A stretch of 64,000 nt of DNA from Escherichia virus TH22, in sequence record MT446396.1, one strand, 5' to 3'. The notes beneath the pieces were generated by a model. That model saw only the letters and a list, made by a program, of their open reading frames with translations. It had not been told where the DNA came from and made no database searches. Both the position numbers and the translations under genes were made by a program. Positions within the stretch are counted from its first letter, which is position 1. Every line of letters begins with the position of its first letter. Shown in pieces: positions 22,017-32,331 of the stretch.

Positions 22017-23149
22017 TTGAATTATATGATAACTTAATGAAGCTTTGCGCCGAATCTGATAAAGGTAAGTTTTTCTATACGGATTTTGTTTCTCCATTTG
22101 AAACTAAGTTCCGCATCTTTAGCTATAACTATGCTTCCTATAGTGATTGGCTCCTTGATGATGCTTTAGAGTGTCGTGGCATTATGTTTGAAATGGATGA
22201 CAATGGTCCAGTTCGCATTGCGGCCCGTCCAATGGAAAAATTCTTTAATCTGGGTGAGAACCCAATGACTATTGGTCTTAACCTTGATGAAGTTGTCCTG
22301 GTTACTGCAAAAGCTGATGGTAGTTTGGTTTCCACTTATATGGACCAGACTAATATCGCGTTTAAATCCAAAGGGTCAATCAAAAGCTCACAAGCTGCTG
22401 AAGCTCTGCAGGTGTTTAAACAACCTCATCGTGAAGCGTTCAGAGCCCGTGTGACTGAAATCACTGAAGCTGGATATACTTGCAATATGGAATATGTTGC
22501 ACCAACAAATCGCATTGTTCTTCCTTACCAGGAACGTGACTTGATTTTGTTGAACGTTCGCCATAATGAAACTGGTGAATATATTCCTTATCAGGAGCTG
22601 TTCAAAGATGCTGCACTCCGTCCATTCCTGGTTGAAGCATATGACCCGACGAGCATTGAGAATGTTCGTGATATGAAAGAGATTGAAGGTTTCGTCTATG
22701 AGCTGGCGAGTGGTCAGAAGTTCAAGATGAAAACAGAATGGTATTGTGCTCTACATCATACCAAAGACTCCATTAATAATAATGAGCGACTGTTTGAAGT
22801 TGTTGTTGCTGGCGGTGCAGATGATGTTATTGCCATGTTTACTGGTGATACTTATGCCCGTGAAAAAGTTACTGCCTTTACTGCAACACATCTGGATTAT
22901 CTGTCCAACACTCTTGGACTGTTGCTTGATGCTCAGAAACAATTGGCAGGAAAAGACCGTCGCGAGTTTGCAATTAAAGGTCAAGAGTTGTGTAAACCAT
23001 ACCCGGGATTGTTCTCCGTATTAATGAACACCTATCAACGCCCACAGGAAACTGAACAAACGATTGCTCAAATCAATAAAGTTTTCCTTAAAAATCATAA
23101 ACTTTACATTCCGTTGGACTACCAGGCGGAAGTAATCCTTCCTGAATAA
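22013..23149 (+). CDS. rnlA: RNA ligase 1
   Basis: 378 aa; match to recalled T4 Rnl1 (FFY.D.VS, YRIFSYNYASYSDWLL.DALECRGIMFEMD, KEDGSLVSTY). Confidence 0.95.
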   Translation: MIELYDNLMKLCAESDKGKFFYTDFVSPFETKFRIFSYNYASYSDWLLDDALECRGIMFEMDDNGPVRIAARPMEKFFNLGENPMTIGLNLDEVVLVTAKADGSLVSTYMDQTNIAFKSKGSIKSSQAAEALQVFKQPHREAFRARVTEITEAGYTCNMEYVAPTNRIVLPYQERDLILLNVRHNETGEYIPYQELFKDAALRPFLVEAYDPTSIENVRDMKEIEGFVYELASGQKFKMKTEWYCALHHTKDSINNNERLFEVVVAGGADDVIAMFTGDTYAREKVTAFTATHLDYLSNTLGLLLDAQKQLAGKDRREFAIKGQELCKPYPGLFSVLMNTYQRPQETEQTIAQINKVFLKNHKLYIPLDYQAEVILPE

Positions 23150-23159
23150 TAAAAAAGGG

Positions 23160-23189
23160 GTGTACAAGCCCCTCCTTTCTATACATAAT
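23160..23189 (+). promoter_or_regulatory. early promoter embedded in a stem-loop (aggggTGTACAAGcccct ... CATAAT)
   Basis: -35 GTGTAC lies in the loop of a GGGG/CCCC hairpin immediately after rnlA. Confidence 0.5.
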
Positions 23190-23220
23190 GGTTCCATCAA
23201 CTACTGATGAGGACCAAAAC

Positions 23221-23454
23221 ATGTTAAACTTAATTACAAATGACAGAGTTACACAGGCATATGGTGACAGAAATGATGGAATCTATGTCTACAAGGGAGA
23301 CCGCCGGATTGGTTTCATTACTGACCTGAAGGCCAAATTGTTAAAAGAATTGAAAGCTCAAACAAGTGATTCTGGGTTTAGAGCAAGAGCCAAAAAGAAA
23401 GATGAACGCCTGGGTGCCAACTCTTTTGGCCCCCGGGGTTATAACCGCTACTAA
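23221..23454 (+). CDS. truncated paralog of the Alc N-terminal region (77 aa)
   Basis: ITNDRVTQAYGDRNDGIYVYKGDRRIGFITDLKAKLLKELKA aligns with residues 5-48 of the downstream alc product; the track ORF start at 23188 lies inside the promoter -10. Confidence 0.5.
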   Translation: MLNLITNDRVTQAYGDRNDGIYVYKGDRRIGFITDLKAKLLKELKAQTSDSGFRARAKKKDERLGANSFGPRGYNRY

Positions 23455-23467
23455 TGAGGAAAATATT

Positions 23468-23971
23468 ATGGATATGCAACTGATTTCAAATGAAATGATT
23501 GTCAATGAATATGGTGACCGTCATGACGGAATTTATGTCTATAAAGGGACCAAGAAAATTGGTCTCATGACTGACCTGCGGAAAAAACTCGCCTCCAATA
23601 AAAAGTTGAAGGCGAAACAAAAAGAATATCGTGATAAAAAATCAGAAGAGCGGAAAGAAGCACTGCATGAATCTGTTCCTGAAATGGTTGACTTCTTAAA
23701 GAACCATTTGGTTAAATATGATGCAGAAGTGTTCATTAACCAGACCCAACCTAATGTACATATCAATGGATGTGTTTGTTATGTTGTGGTTGAACCCCTG
23801 ACACTTCAACACCGCCTGGGAATTAAACACCCAGTGTTAACCCAGGATGATATGGCGGATGAAGTTGGTAATCAGTTCCGCATTTCAGCATCTGACAGTA
23901 CAAATCACATCCTCCTGAATGGCTTATCCCAGGATGATATTGTTGAGGTAATCATCAAGTTATGCAAATAA
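23468..23971 (+). CDS. alc: Alc-like protein (host transcription unfolding/termination on dC-DNA)
   Basis: 167 aa, same size and position as T4 alc (between rnlA and the spanin genes); sequence identity not independently verified. Confidence 0.65.
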   Translation: MDMQLISNEMIVNEYGDRHDGIYVYKGTKKIGLMTDLRKKLASNKKLKAKQKEYRDKKSEERKEALHESVPEMVDFLKNHLVKYDAEVFINQTQPNVHINGCVCYVVVEPLTLQHRLGIKHPVLTQDDMADEVGNQFRISASDSTNHILLNGLSQDDIVEVIIKLCK

Positions 23972-24315
23972 GTAATCTCACTGCAGGGCTTATGCTCGCC
24001 CTGGTAGTAACTGCTGGTAGTGGTTTCTATCTAAAAGCAAAAGTAGATAATCTCAAGACGGCGGTGGCGGAAGTCACCAAAGTTGCAGAAGATAACGCGA
24101 AAAATCTGCAATCAGTAAAAGACCAGATTAATCAAATTAATCTCCTTGACCAGGAGCGTCAGGAATATGTTGAACTTCTGCAAAAGGAAAATGATAAACT
24201 TCGCGCAGATGCAAAACGTACTAAGGTTGTGGCAGCGAAGCCTAAATTAGTTGAAAAACAGATTAATCAGTCTTTTGATAAGTTCGCCCAGGACTTCCAG
24301 GAGCTCACCAAATGA
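23962..24315 (+). CDS. i-spanin (inner-membrane spanin component; T4 pseT.3 position)
   Basis: 117 aa; N-terminal transmembrane helix (LMLALVVTAGSGFYL) followed by coiled-coil-like charged sequence. Confidence 0.65.
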   Translation: MQISNLTAGLMLALVVTAGSGFYLKAKVDNLKTAVAEVTKVAEDNAKNLQSVKDQINQINLLDQERQEYVELLQKENDKLRADAKRTKVVAAKPKLVEKQINQSFDKFAQDFQELTK

Positions 24316-24602
24316 TGAAATCTATCATGGCAGTATGTTTGGCTATTGGACTCGTTTCATGCGCCCAGAAGCCCGTTGTGGAGCCCACAATCCAAGTTCA
24401 TCCCAATTGGCCTGTTGCATTGGCTGATTACAAACAGCAATGGGAAGTTAAGGTAATTGAGGGTCAAGCCTGGGTTGGTATGCCTTTTGAAGCATCGCAA
24501 GAATTCCGGATTTGGATGAATGATGTAAAAAGATATGTACATGACCAAAAAGGTATGTTATGTTATTATCGTTCTGAACTAAAAGAGGAACGTTGCAAAT
24601 GA
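24312..24602 (+). CDS. o-spanin lipoprotein (T4 pseT.2 position)
   Basis: 96 aa; signal peptide with lipobox (GLVSC), C-terminal Cys; overlaps the i-spanin stop. Confidence 0.65.
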   Translation: MMKSIMAVCLAIGLVSCAQKPVVEPTIQVHPNWPVALADYKQQWEVKVIEGQAWVGMPFEASQEFRIWMNDVKRYVHDQKGMLCYYRSELKEERCK

Positions 24603-24705
24603 TAGAGACCTGTAGCCTTGGTTGGGATATTGTTAGATTTGGTGCATTCTGTTTTTGTTTTGGAATTGCGGCCACTTTATGTGTTCAAGGTCTTTTTGGA
24701 AAGTA

Positions 24706-24735
24706 GTGTACAAACTCATGGGAGCAGAGTATAAT
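24706..24735 (+). promoter_or_regulatory. early promoter (GTGTAC, N18, TATAAT)
   Basis: Seen in sequence upstream of ORF 24764. Confidence 0.5.
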
Positions 24736-24763
24736 GCTCCTACGGATTATAAAATTTGAGGAA

Positions 24764-25248
24764 ATGACTATGACTTTACGTGATAACAGTTTTGTGGCTA
24801 ATCCTGAATACATTTCAGGTGTTAAATCCCCTGCATTACAAAAGCTCTTAAAATTAGGGTCCTGTGCAAGTACACCAATTGAAAAGAAGGCAACTTTCGA
24901 TTTTGCTTGGGCTATTGTGGACGGTATTGATGTAGTAAGACAGGTAACTTTTTATGCTCCGGGCGCTATTAAGCCTTCGCAAATTATTAATCTGGATGGA
25001 AGTAATTATATTACTATTCAGCATTGGTATCGTATGATGCGACCTGTTTGGGAATACCCAGAATTTATTGAAGAATACAATGAAAAAGAACGTATTCGTG
25101 AACTAGTAAAAAGTTTTGAATACGCGGCTAAACGCCATGGTCAAATGCAATCTGCTGCTGCACTTGGTGATGTTTCTGAAAGCGCAGCTTATGAAACTGG
25201 TAAAATCCTTAAAACTTGTCGCGAAGAACTTTATAAGGAGCTTGGTGT

Positions 25249-25252
<4 letters not shown>
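24764..25252 (+). CDS. hypothetical protein (162 aa)
   Basis: Start at ATG after GAGGA RBS; the track ORF start at 24734 lies inside the promoter -10. Confidence 0.55.
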
Positions 25253-26470
<1,218 letters not shown>

Positions 26471-26471
<1 letters not shown>

Positions 26472-26671
26472 TGGGCTATTATTGCGATACCTGGGCCATT
26501 GTTAATATTACCAATCAGAAAAAGATTGTAGTTATTGACGGCCGTTTCTATACGTTCAGTAACGAATCAGACGCCTGGGAAGAATGTCTCCGATTGAAAA
26601 AATTGAATCCCGAGGTCGAGCTTACTGTAAAACAAACTCGAATCCAATTACCATGGAAAACTTATGAATAA
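26471..26671 (+). CDS. hypothetical protein (66 aa)
   Basis: ORF only. Confidence 0.45.
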
Positions 26672-26861
26672 CATTGAAAAAATTTTTCGCACAATCGAAG
26701 AGATTGAAAAACGTTACGAATACTTTTTCAGCGTATGGCCTTTAACTGATGGACGTATTGGCCTGGATGTAATGGACTATAAAGATGAAGACAAGGTCGA
26801 TGGCGGTATCTTTAAATCCGCTCCAGAACTCTTGGCCTTCTTGGAAGAACATTATGTATAA
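26664..26861 (+). CDS. hypothetical protein (65 aa)
   Basis: ORF only. Confidence 0.45.
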   Translation: MNNIEKIFRTIEEIEKRYEYFFSVWPLTDGRIGLDVMDYKDEDKVDGGIFKSAPELLAFLEEHYV

Positions 26862-27069
26862 CAAACACCATGAAGTTGAAGAAGAAGCTTATAAAGAGCT
26901 TCAGAAACTGGTAGGTCAGAATATGTCTCCTGCTCTTATCAATAACCTGGCTGCACTGCGTAATGACATCAACGAACGGTACAAGGGCGAATATTATGTT
27001 GAATTCGTTCCGCTGACTGAAGTCATTGACCGATTTATCGTTAATGTCAAGGTGCATACCGTCCATTAA
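26854..27069 (+). CDS. hypothetical protein (71 aa)
   Basis: Internal ATG of track ORF 26785 chosen to avoid long overlap. Confidence 0.45.
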   Translation: MYNKHHEVEEEAYKELQKLVGQNMSPALINNLAALRNDINERYKGEYYVEFVPLTEVIDRFIVNVKVHTVH

Positions 27070-27085
27070 CGCTTTAAAAATTTTA
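27060..27085 (+). promoter_or_regulatory. middle promoter (CGCTTTA box, N12, TATAAT) followed by ggggtctaggtcc element
   Basis: Member of a recurrent middle-promoter cassette. Confidence 0.45.
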
Positions 27086-27140
27086 TGGTATAATGGGGTC
27101 TAGGTCCTTTGGATACCCCAATAACTAAGCGAGAAAAGAA

Positions 27141-27419
27141 ATGTTTCCTACATATTCTGAAATTGTTAAAGTACTTTTTAGTCAGATTGTATCTGATTAT
27201 CTATACGAAAGCGTCGACACGTCGACTGAACTAAAAGTGCACGGTCGTTTGTCTGCTATTCTGGAAATCATGTTCCCGGATGCAGTTGATGCAATCACTG
27301 TTCAACTCACGCCTGGTGCAGCATTTGCAATTGTTCCATTTAAAATTGATAACCATATTTTGACTATTTCATGCAAAATGGACTTTCAGACACAAACGGT
27401 AGTTGTCGAAGCAATTTAA
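27141..27419 (+). CDS. hypothetical protein (92 aa)
   Basis: RBS-like GAGAAAAG upstream. Confidence 0.55.
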   Translation: MFPTYSEIVKVLFSQIVSDYLYESVDTSTELKVHGRLSAILEIMFPDAVDAITVQLTPGAAFAIVPFKIDNHILTISCKMDFQTQTVVVEAI

Positions 27420-27421
27420 GT

Positions 27422-27450
27422 GTTTACTTTCACCATGGATGGTGTATAAT
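27422..27450 (+). promoter_or_regulatory. early promoter (GTTTAC, N17, TATAAT)
   Basis: Leader ...catgaggaaaacaaaATG is shared with the promoter at 37952. Confidence 0.5.
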
Positions 27451-27479
27451 GAATTTCATCAACACATGAGGAAAACAAA

Positions 27480-28022
27480 ATGAGCGATTTCTTTGAAGAA
27501 GGTAAGTTTTACAAATTTGTATCCGAAAATGCCAAAAAACAATTTGTCTCCGGTGGTTGGGCAGCTAATTACCAAATTGCTGGATACATCGGTATGACTC
27601 CGTTTGAAGTTAAGATTTTACCTGATAATGTTAGCGGCGGTAAAAAAGTTTGTGAGATTCGTTTGATTGATGAAAATGATTTTGTGGATTTGGCAAAAAT
27701 ATCTGACACACAGAATAGGCATCGTGGAGCAATGTTTGTTTCCGCTGGTCCATTGTCAGATGAATTCCAATATTTCATTCAGGCTGAAGTTGGCGTTAAG
27801 CCAGAAGTTGAACCTGCGCCAGTAAAACTTGCATCAGTTTGGAAATTGCTCGTAGTTAAAAATGGCAAGATTGAGATTAACTCTCGTCATACGTCAAAAG
27901 AATGTGCGGAAGACGAAGCAGAGCGCCTGTTAAACCGCGGTACTGCAGAAGATTGTTATATTATCAAAGGCGATATCACAAAAGCTTCTATCGTTAAACA
28001 AGTTAAACAGGAGACAATCTGA
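27480..28022 (+). CDS. hypothetical protein (180 aa) with N-terminal domain related to ORFs 13531/14242
   Basis: GKFYKFVSENAKKQFVSG motif shared with 14242 (GKFYVLDPAAKKQFIAG). Confidence 0.6.
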   Translation: MSDFFEEGKFYKFVSENAKKQFVSGGWAANYQIAGYIGMTPFEVKILPDNVSGGKKVCEIRLIDENDFVDLAKISDTQNRHRGAMFVSAGPLSDEFQYFIQAEVGVKPEVEPAPVKLASVWKLLVVKNGKIEINSRHTSKECAEDEAERLLNRGTAEDCYIIKGDITKASIVKQVKQETI

Positions 28023-28267
28023 TGCTTAGCGAAACCCCAATTACTGTTGAAGAGTTTCACGAAAAAGTGAAGGCATTTGCTCAAGAGATGATTAACCGCG
28101 TATCACAGCGATTCCCTGCCGCGACTTTGCAAGTTATTCAGGAATCTGCACGCAGTTTTATGATTGTCATTAATCCTAAAATTACTCTAAAAGGTGGTGA
28201 CCAGTTGACCCAACTGAAATTGGGTTCTGATGGTCTGGTTGAAGCGCAGCGAGTGTATATTCAATGA
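28022..28267 (+). CDS. hypothetical protein (81 aa)
   Basis: ORF only. Confidence 0.5.
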   Translation: MLSETPITVEEFHEKVKAFAQEMINRVSQRFPAATLQVIQESARSFMIVINPKITLKGGDQLTQLKLGSDGLVEAQRVYIQ

Positions 28268-28599
28268 TGAATTTAATGGATATTTTCAAAGAAGCACTTA
28301 AAAATGATTTAGGTGACCATCGCAAGTTGGACCCAGAAACAACTGCATTTATCAAAGTAACGCTTGCGAATGATGCTCTGTTTAAAAGTATTCACCCAAG
28401 TAATTATGACGCGGTTGTTATTACAGAAGCTCCTGTAGAAATTGGTGAGCGAATGTTTGGGGTGATTTTTGACGATAAGAAAAAACGCTTCAGCGACGGT
28501 GATAGTATAATTACAACACATGTTAAGAGCATTACTAAATTGCGACATGAATTATATCGTGTTGAAACTATTAAAACCAATTATCTCGTGGTGATGTAA
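28264..28599 (+). CDS. hypothetical protein (111 aa)
   Basis: ORF only. Confidence 0.5.
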   Translation: MMNLMDIFKEALKNDLGDHRKLDPETTAFIKVTLANDALFKSIHPSNYDAVVITEAPVEIGERMFGVIFDDKKKRFSDGDSIITTHVKSITKLRHELYRVETIKTNYLVVM

Positions 28600-29181
28600 A
28601 TGAAACCAACTACTGTTCTGCAAATCGCATACCTTGTATCTCAAGAATCCAAATGTTGCTCCTGGAAAGTGGGAGCTGTTATTGAAAAGAATGGACGCAT
28701 TATTTCTACAGGGTATAATGGTTCCCCTGCAGGTGGGGTCAACTGTTGCGAGCATGCGGAAGAGCAAGGTTGGTTACTGAATAAACCTAAACCTGTTCTC
28801 GTCCCTGGTCATAAGCCAGAATGTGTGAGATTCAGTAAGGTTGACCGTTTTGTATTGGCGAAAGCCCATCGCGAAGCCCATTCCGCCTGGTCAAAGAACA
28901 ACGAAATCCATGCTGAGCTTAATGCGATTCTGTTCGCAGCAAGGATGGGTTCGTCAATTGAAGGCGCCACTATGTATGTGACGCTTTCTCCTTGTCCTGA
29001 TTGCGCAAAGGCAATCTCCCAATCAGGAATCAAGAAATTGGTTTACTGTGAAACGTATGACAAGAATATTCCTGGTTGGGATGATATCCTGAAGAACGCG
29101 GGAATTGAGGTGTTCAATGTGCCTAAGCGTAGTTTAGACAAATTGAACTGGGAAAACATTAACGAATTTTGTGGTGAATAA
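28600..29181 (+). CDS. cd: dCMP deaminase
   Basis: 193 aa; deaminase zinc motifs HAE ... PCPDCAKAI; same length as T4 Cd. Confidence 0.95.
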   Translation: MKPTTVLQIAYLVSQESKCCSWKVGAVIEKNGRIISTGYNGSPAGGVNCCEHAEEQGWLLNKPKPVLVPGHKPECVRFSKVDRFVLAKAHREAHSAWSKNNEIHAELNAILFAARMGSSIEGATMYVTLSPCPDCAKAISQSGIKKLVYCETYDKNIPGWDDILKNAGIEVFNVPKRSLDKLNWENINEFCGE

Positions 29182-29414
29182 TGAAATTTCGTATGGTTAA
29201 AATAACCAGTCTTAGTCCTCGGGGGACGGGTATAATCGCTTTTTCGGTGGAATACAAAAAGTATTTCTTCTCTCGCTGGAAGTCTTACTATAAATCTGAA
29301 TGGATTGACGAAAGCATCCGGTATAAAACGGACCCGGTTTTTGAAAAATGCAAATCCCTGCTGAGCGCTTTAAAAGAGCGTAATGCAACCACTATTAAAA
29401 CTGTTTTGGAATAA
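29181..29414 (+). CDS. hypothetical protein (77 aa)
   Basis: ORF only. Confidence 0.5.
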   Translation: MKFRMVKITSLSPRGTGIIAFSVEYKKYFFSRWKSYYKSEWIDESIRYKTDPVFEKCKSLLSALKERNATTIKTVLE

Positions 29415-29416
29415 TT

Positions 29417-29716
29417 ATGATTTTAACTGAACAAGAAACAATTCGCCTCCGTGAAAAAGTCAAGACTATTTTGTCTGTCGGCTTTCACGAAGTTCTGTTT
29501 GAAAAAGCAGATGGTAGTGTTCGTCGTATGACTTGTACTCGCGACCTGGACTTGCTTCCATATAAAGAAATCCAGGCCCCTGGGCCAGAAGTCAATAAAG
29601 AACCAGTTAGCTATATCCGGGTATTTGATACCAAGCTTAATGAATGGCGTTCATTCTGTTTCAATAAATTGATTTCCGTGAATGGACTGCAGACCGAGAC
29701 TCTGCTCGTCCTTTAA
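29417..29716 (+). CDS. hypothetical protein (99 aa)
   Basis: ORF only. Confidence 0.5.
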   Translation: MILTEQETIRLREKVKTILSVGFHEVLFEKADGSVRRMTCTRDLDLLPYKEIQAPGPEVNKEPVSYIRVFDTKLNEWRSFCFNKLISVNGLQTETLLVL

Positions 29717-29741
29717 TGCTTCAAACAACGCGTGTTATTAT
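29715..29741 (+). promoter_or_regulatory. possible middle promoter (AATGCTTCA, N12, TATTAT) for gene 31
   Basis: Seen in sequence. Confidence 0.35.
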
Positions 29742-29771
29742 TAATACATGACCAAACAACATGGATTAAAT

Positions 29772-30095
29772 ATGGAATTACCAATTAAAGCAGTAGGTGA
29801 ATATATTATTTTGGTTTCTGAGCCAAAGCAAGCCGGTGATGAAGAAACTACGGCATCAGGTATAGTTATCGGAAAACTCCATCAGGGTGAAATCCCGGAG
29901 ATGTGTGAAGTATTTTCGGTTGGTCCGGATGTTCCTGAAGGATTCTGCGAAGTAGGTGATTTGACTCCTCTTCCGGTTGGCAAGATTGCAAACGTTCCAC
30001 ATCCTCTGGTTGCACTGGGACTTAAGCAGGCTAAAGAAGTTAAGCAGAAATTTGTGACTTGTCATTATAAAGCTGTTCCTTGTCTTTATAAGTAA
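29772..30095 (+). CDS. 31: co-chaperonin gp31 (GroES analogue)
   Basis: Strong match to recalled T4 gp31 ([51 protein letters not shown]); start at second in-frame ATG (alternative 29748). Confidence 0.9.
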   Translation: MELPIKAVGEYIILVSEPKQAGDEETTASGIVIGKLHQGEIPEMCEVFSVGPDVPEGFCEVGDLTPLPVGKIANVPHPLVALGLKQAKEVKQKFVTCHYKAVPCLYK

Positions 30096-30104
30096 AATTA
30101 GCGT

Positions 30105-30112
30105 TATAAATA
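30105..30112 (+). promoter_or_regulatory. late promoter (TATAAATA) upstream of the rIII-like gene
   Basis: Exact TATAAATA in the 31 to rIII intergenic region. Confidence 0.5.
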
Positions 30113-30266
30113 ATAATATGGATTGGTTGATGTCATACAGAGCTTTGCTGGTGTATGGGGTTAGCTAATCCTAAACGGTGGACTACAACTGAGAGACTTG
30201 CCGAAAGGAAGTGAAATTCAGAAGAACGTGTCCACCAAATATTCACCTCATATTGAGGCTTCTAAA

Positions 30267-30521
30267 ATGTCTTTAAACAAACAATTACAACACGCTCTCG
30301 AACTGCAACGCACTGCATGGAATAACGGTCACGAAAACTACGGCGCATCTATTGATGTTGAAGCCGAAGCACTGGAAATTCTGCAGTATTTCAAACATCT
30401 TAACCCGGTTCAAACCGACCTTCGCGCCGTGCTCGAAGCAAAAGATGAACTGAAATTTGCTAAGCCGCTGGCATCTGCTGCCCGTAAAGCTGTTCGCCAT
30501 TTTGTCGTAACCCTGAAGTAA
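30267..30521 (+). CDS. small cytoplasmic protein at the T4 rIII position (putative antiholin RIII)
   Basis: 84 aa from ATG with GAGG RBS; position between gene 31 and the 30.x island and size near T4 RIII (82 aa); sequence identity not verified. Confidence 0.5.
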   Translation: MSLNKQLQHALELQRTAWNNGHENYGASIDVEAEALEILQYFKHLNPVQTDLRAVLEAKDELKFAKPLASAARKAVRHFVVTLK

Positions 30522-30919
30522 GCTGTAGGTGATTCGCTACCTTAGTGCGGCTAGAAAATCGAGGAGCCGTCGAACCGTCTGATTAATGATTTGCGAATCA
30601 TTATAGTTTTAAGACCCCGGCAGTTTTACGGTGTACCTCTTGAATGTTATTCTTATAGCGGCAAGTGCATGCTACCCCGAGGTGATGGCCAATCGGGAGT
30701 ACGCCTCAAGGCCTATATATCCATCAGTATATATCTTATCCTCGAGAAATCGAACCCGGAACCTTTAAGCTAACGGTGTGCAACAGATAAGAGCTATAAG
30801 GTATGTTGACGAGGTTTATGGTTATCCTGTCGTTAAATATCCGAAACCTAATGTTCCCTTCGAGGGCTTGCGCAGGCAATGCCAATAAGTCCTGCATTCT
30901 ATTTTAAAGAGAATTTAAT

Positions 30920-31081
30920 ATGGCTAAGAAAGAAGTTAAAGTTGTTGATGGCTCCTCCAAACGCGCTGGTTACAAGCGTGCGTCCAACAAGCGAATCAAT
31001 CAGGTGACTGATAAACTTCAGGCTCGTGCTCGTGCGGTATTGCGTGCCGATGCAGCTTGCTTTGGTAAGCCGAAAGCATAA
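30920..31081 (+). CDS. small highly basic protein (53 aa), below the ORF-track cutoff
   Basis: MAKKEVKVVDGSSKRAGYKRASNKRINQVTDKLQARARAVLRADAACFGKPKA; AAGAGA RBS-like sequence upstream; followed directly by a terminator. Confidence 0.45.
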   Translation: MAKKEVKVVDGSSKRAGYKRASNKRINQVTDKLQARARAVLRADAACFGKPKA

Positions 31082-31086
31082 GTTCA

Positions 31087-31110
31087 GGGACTCTTCGGAG
31101 TCCCTTTTTT
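31087..31110 (+). terminator. intrinsic terminator (GGGACTC-TTCG-GAGTCCC + T-run)
   Basis: Perfect hairpin followed by TTTTTT. Confidence 0.7.
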
Positions 31111-31125
31111 ATTTTCCATAAAGGG

Positions 31126-31155
31126 GTTTACAACAGGGTTGGTCCAGTGCATAAT
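31126..31155 (+). promoter_or_regulatory. early promoter (GTTTAC, N18, CATAAT) with conserved leader
   Basis: Leader nearly identical to those at 14892 and 54686. Confidence 0.55.
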
Positions 31156-31196
31156 GATTCCATACTGAGTTACACAATAAAACACTGGAGAATAAA

Positions 31197-31565
31197 ATGA
31201 AAATCAATCTTAACTCATACATCAAAGGTAAAGACCACGACGGTTACAAAGCCATTGAAACTAAAGAGATGCAATGGCACTTGTATAAAGAACAGTTTGA
31301 ATTTGTTGGTTGCATGACTCCTGAAGGTCCTTCTGATGACTTCTCCTGGAAAATTATGGTAACAAACTTTTTTACTGGTGATACCTACGAACTGAAAACT
31401 TTGATTCTGGGTAAGATTCGTTGTAAGACCTATGAAGATGAAGAAACTGGTTATTCTGAAGATGTTACATGGTATCAAAATGGTCGCACCACTGCAGACC
31501 TTCTGATTGAAAAAATGAAAGCTAATGGTGAATTAAATTTAGATAATTGGATTAAAGTCGCATAA
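31197..31565 (+). CDS. hypothetical protein (122 aa)
   Basis: RBS GGAG; own promoter. Confidence 0.6.
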   Translation: MKINLNSYIKGKDHDGYKAIETKEMQWHLYKEQFEFVGCMTPEGPSDDFSWKIMVTNFFTGDTYELKTLILGKIRCKTYEDEETGYSEDVTWYQNGRTTADLLIEKMKANGELNLDNWIKVA

Positions 31566-31636
31566 AACAGTTTACTTTGGTACAGGTTATGATATTATAA
31601 ACCTGTACCAACAAATGAAAACAACTGGAGAATAAA

Positions 31637-32002
31637 ATGAACTACATCAACTTTGAACGCAAATATGTTTCTAACTGCATCCCAGGTTCTTCTGAAGTTA
31701 TTTGCTTGTGGAAACATCAAAACGGTTCAGTGTGTGAAATTGAACAATATATGACCCCTAACTACGTTTATATGCGATTTGAAAATGGTATCACTCTTTC
31801 AATCACGATGGAAGGTTCGGTATTCAAAATCGCATTAGATGATGATTTCCGTGAGCGTGATTTAGGGACTCATCCTTGCTGGAATGGTGTTAATCGCAAG
31901 CTTCTGGTTAAAACTTGGATTCGTCACATCCTGAGCAACAAAGCAAAACCTGAACACCTGGAAGCAATCTTTGATATAGTTCTTAATGAATTTGATATCT
32001 AA
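31637..32002 (+). CDS. hypothetical protein (121 aa)
   Basis: RBS GGAG with leader ctggagaataaaATG. Confidence 0.6.
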   Translation: MNYINFERKYVSNCIPGSSEVICLWKHQNGSVCEIEQYMTPNYVYMRFENGITLSITMEGSVFKIALDDDFRERDLGTHPCWNGVNRKLLVKTWIRHILSNKAKPEHLEAIFDIVLNEFDI

Positions 32003-32040
32003 TCTTAAATGGGGGCGAAAGCCCCCTTGAGGAAAATACT

Positions 32041-32331
32041 ATGTTTATGACTACTTACTTTGATACACGTAAAAATTTCTGTGAAGTTGTTTTCTCTAAA
32101 AAAGGCCCTAATGTTCCTGCTGGGTGTGAACCAACACGTGATTCCATTAAGAACTATGTTGATGTAGTTTGCCCACTAGAATTCCGGACTGTTAATGGAC
32201 GCGATACTCTGGCAATCACTAAGCTTAGTCGTGACATTAATATTGACCCAACCGTGGCGCGCGAAATTAATTCATCTGATATTAATGGCGGTAATGTTAA
32301 ATCACACGGTTTCCAGATGAGGTTCCAATGA
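32041..32331 (+). CDS. hypothetical protein (96 aa)
   Basis: RBS GAGGA. Confidence 0.55.
   Translation: MFMTTYFDTRKNFCEVVFSKKGPNVPAGCEPTRDSIKNYVDVVCPLEFRTVNGRDTLAITKLSRDINIDPTVAREINSSDINGGNVKSHGFQMRFQ

Noticed and set aside
30740-30770. Possible minus-strand tRNA in the ORF-free spacer (TCGAACCCGG resembles the reverse complement of a T-loop GGGTTCGA)
   Set aside because: No 5-bp T-stem can be formed around the putative loop, and I could find no acceptor stem, D-arm or CCA-adjacent pairing by eye. Kept only as part of the candidate structured region.
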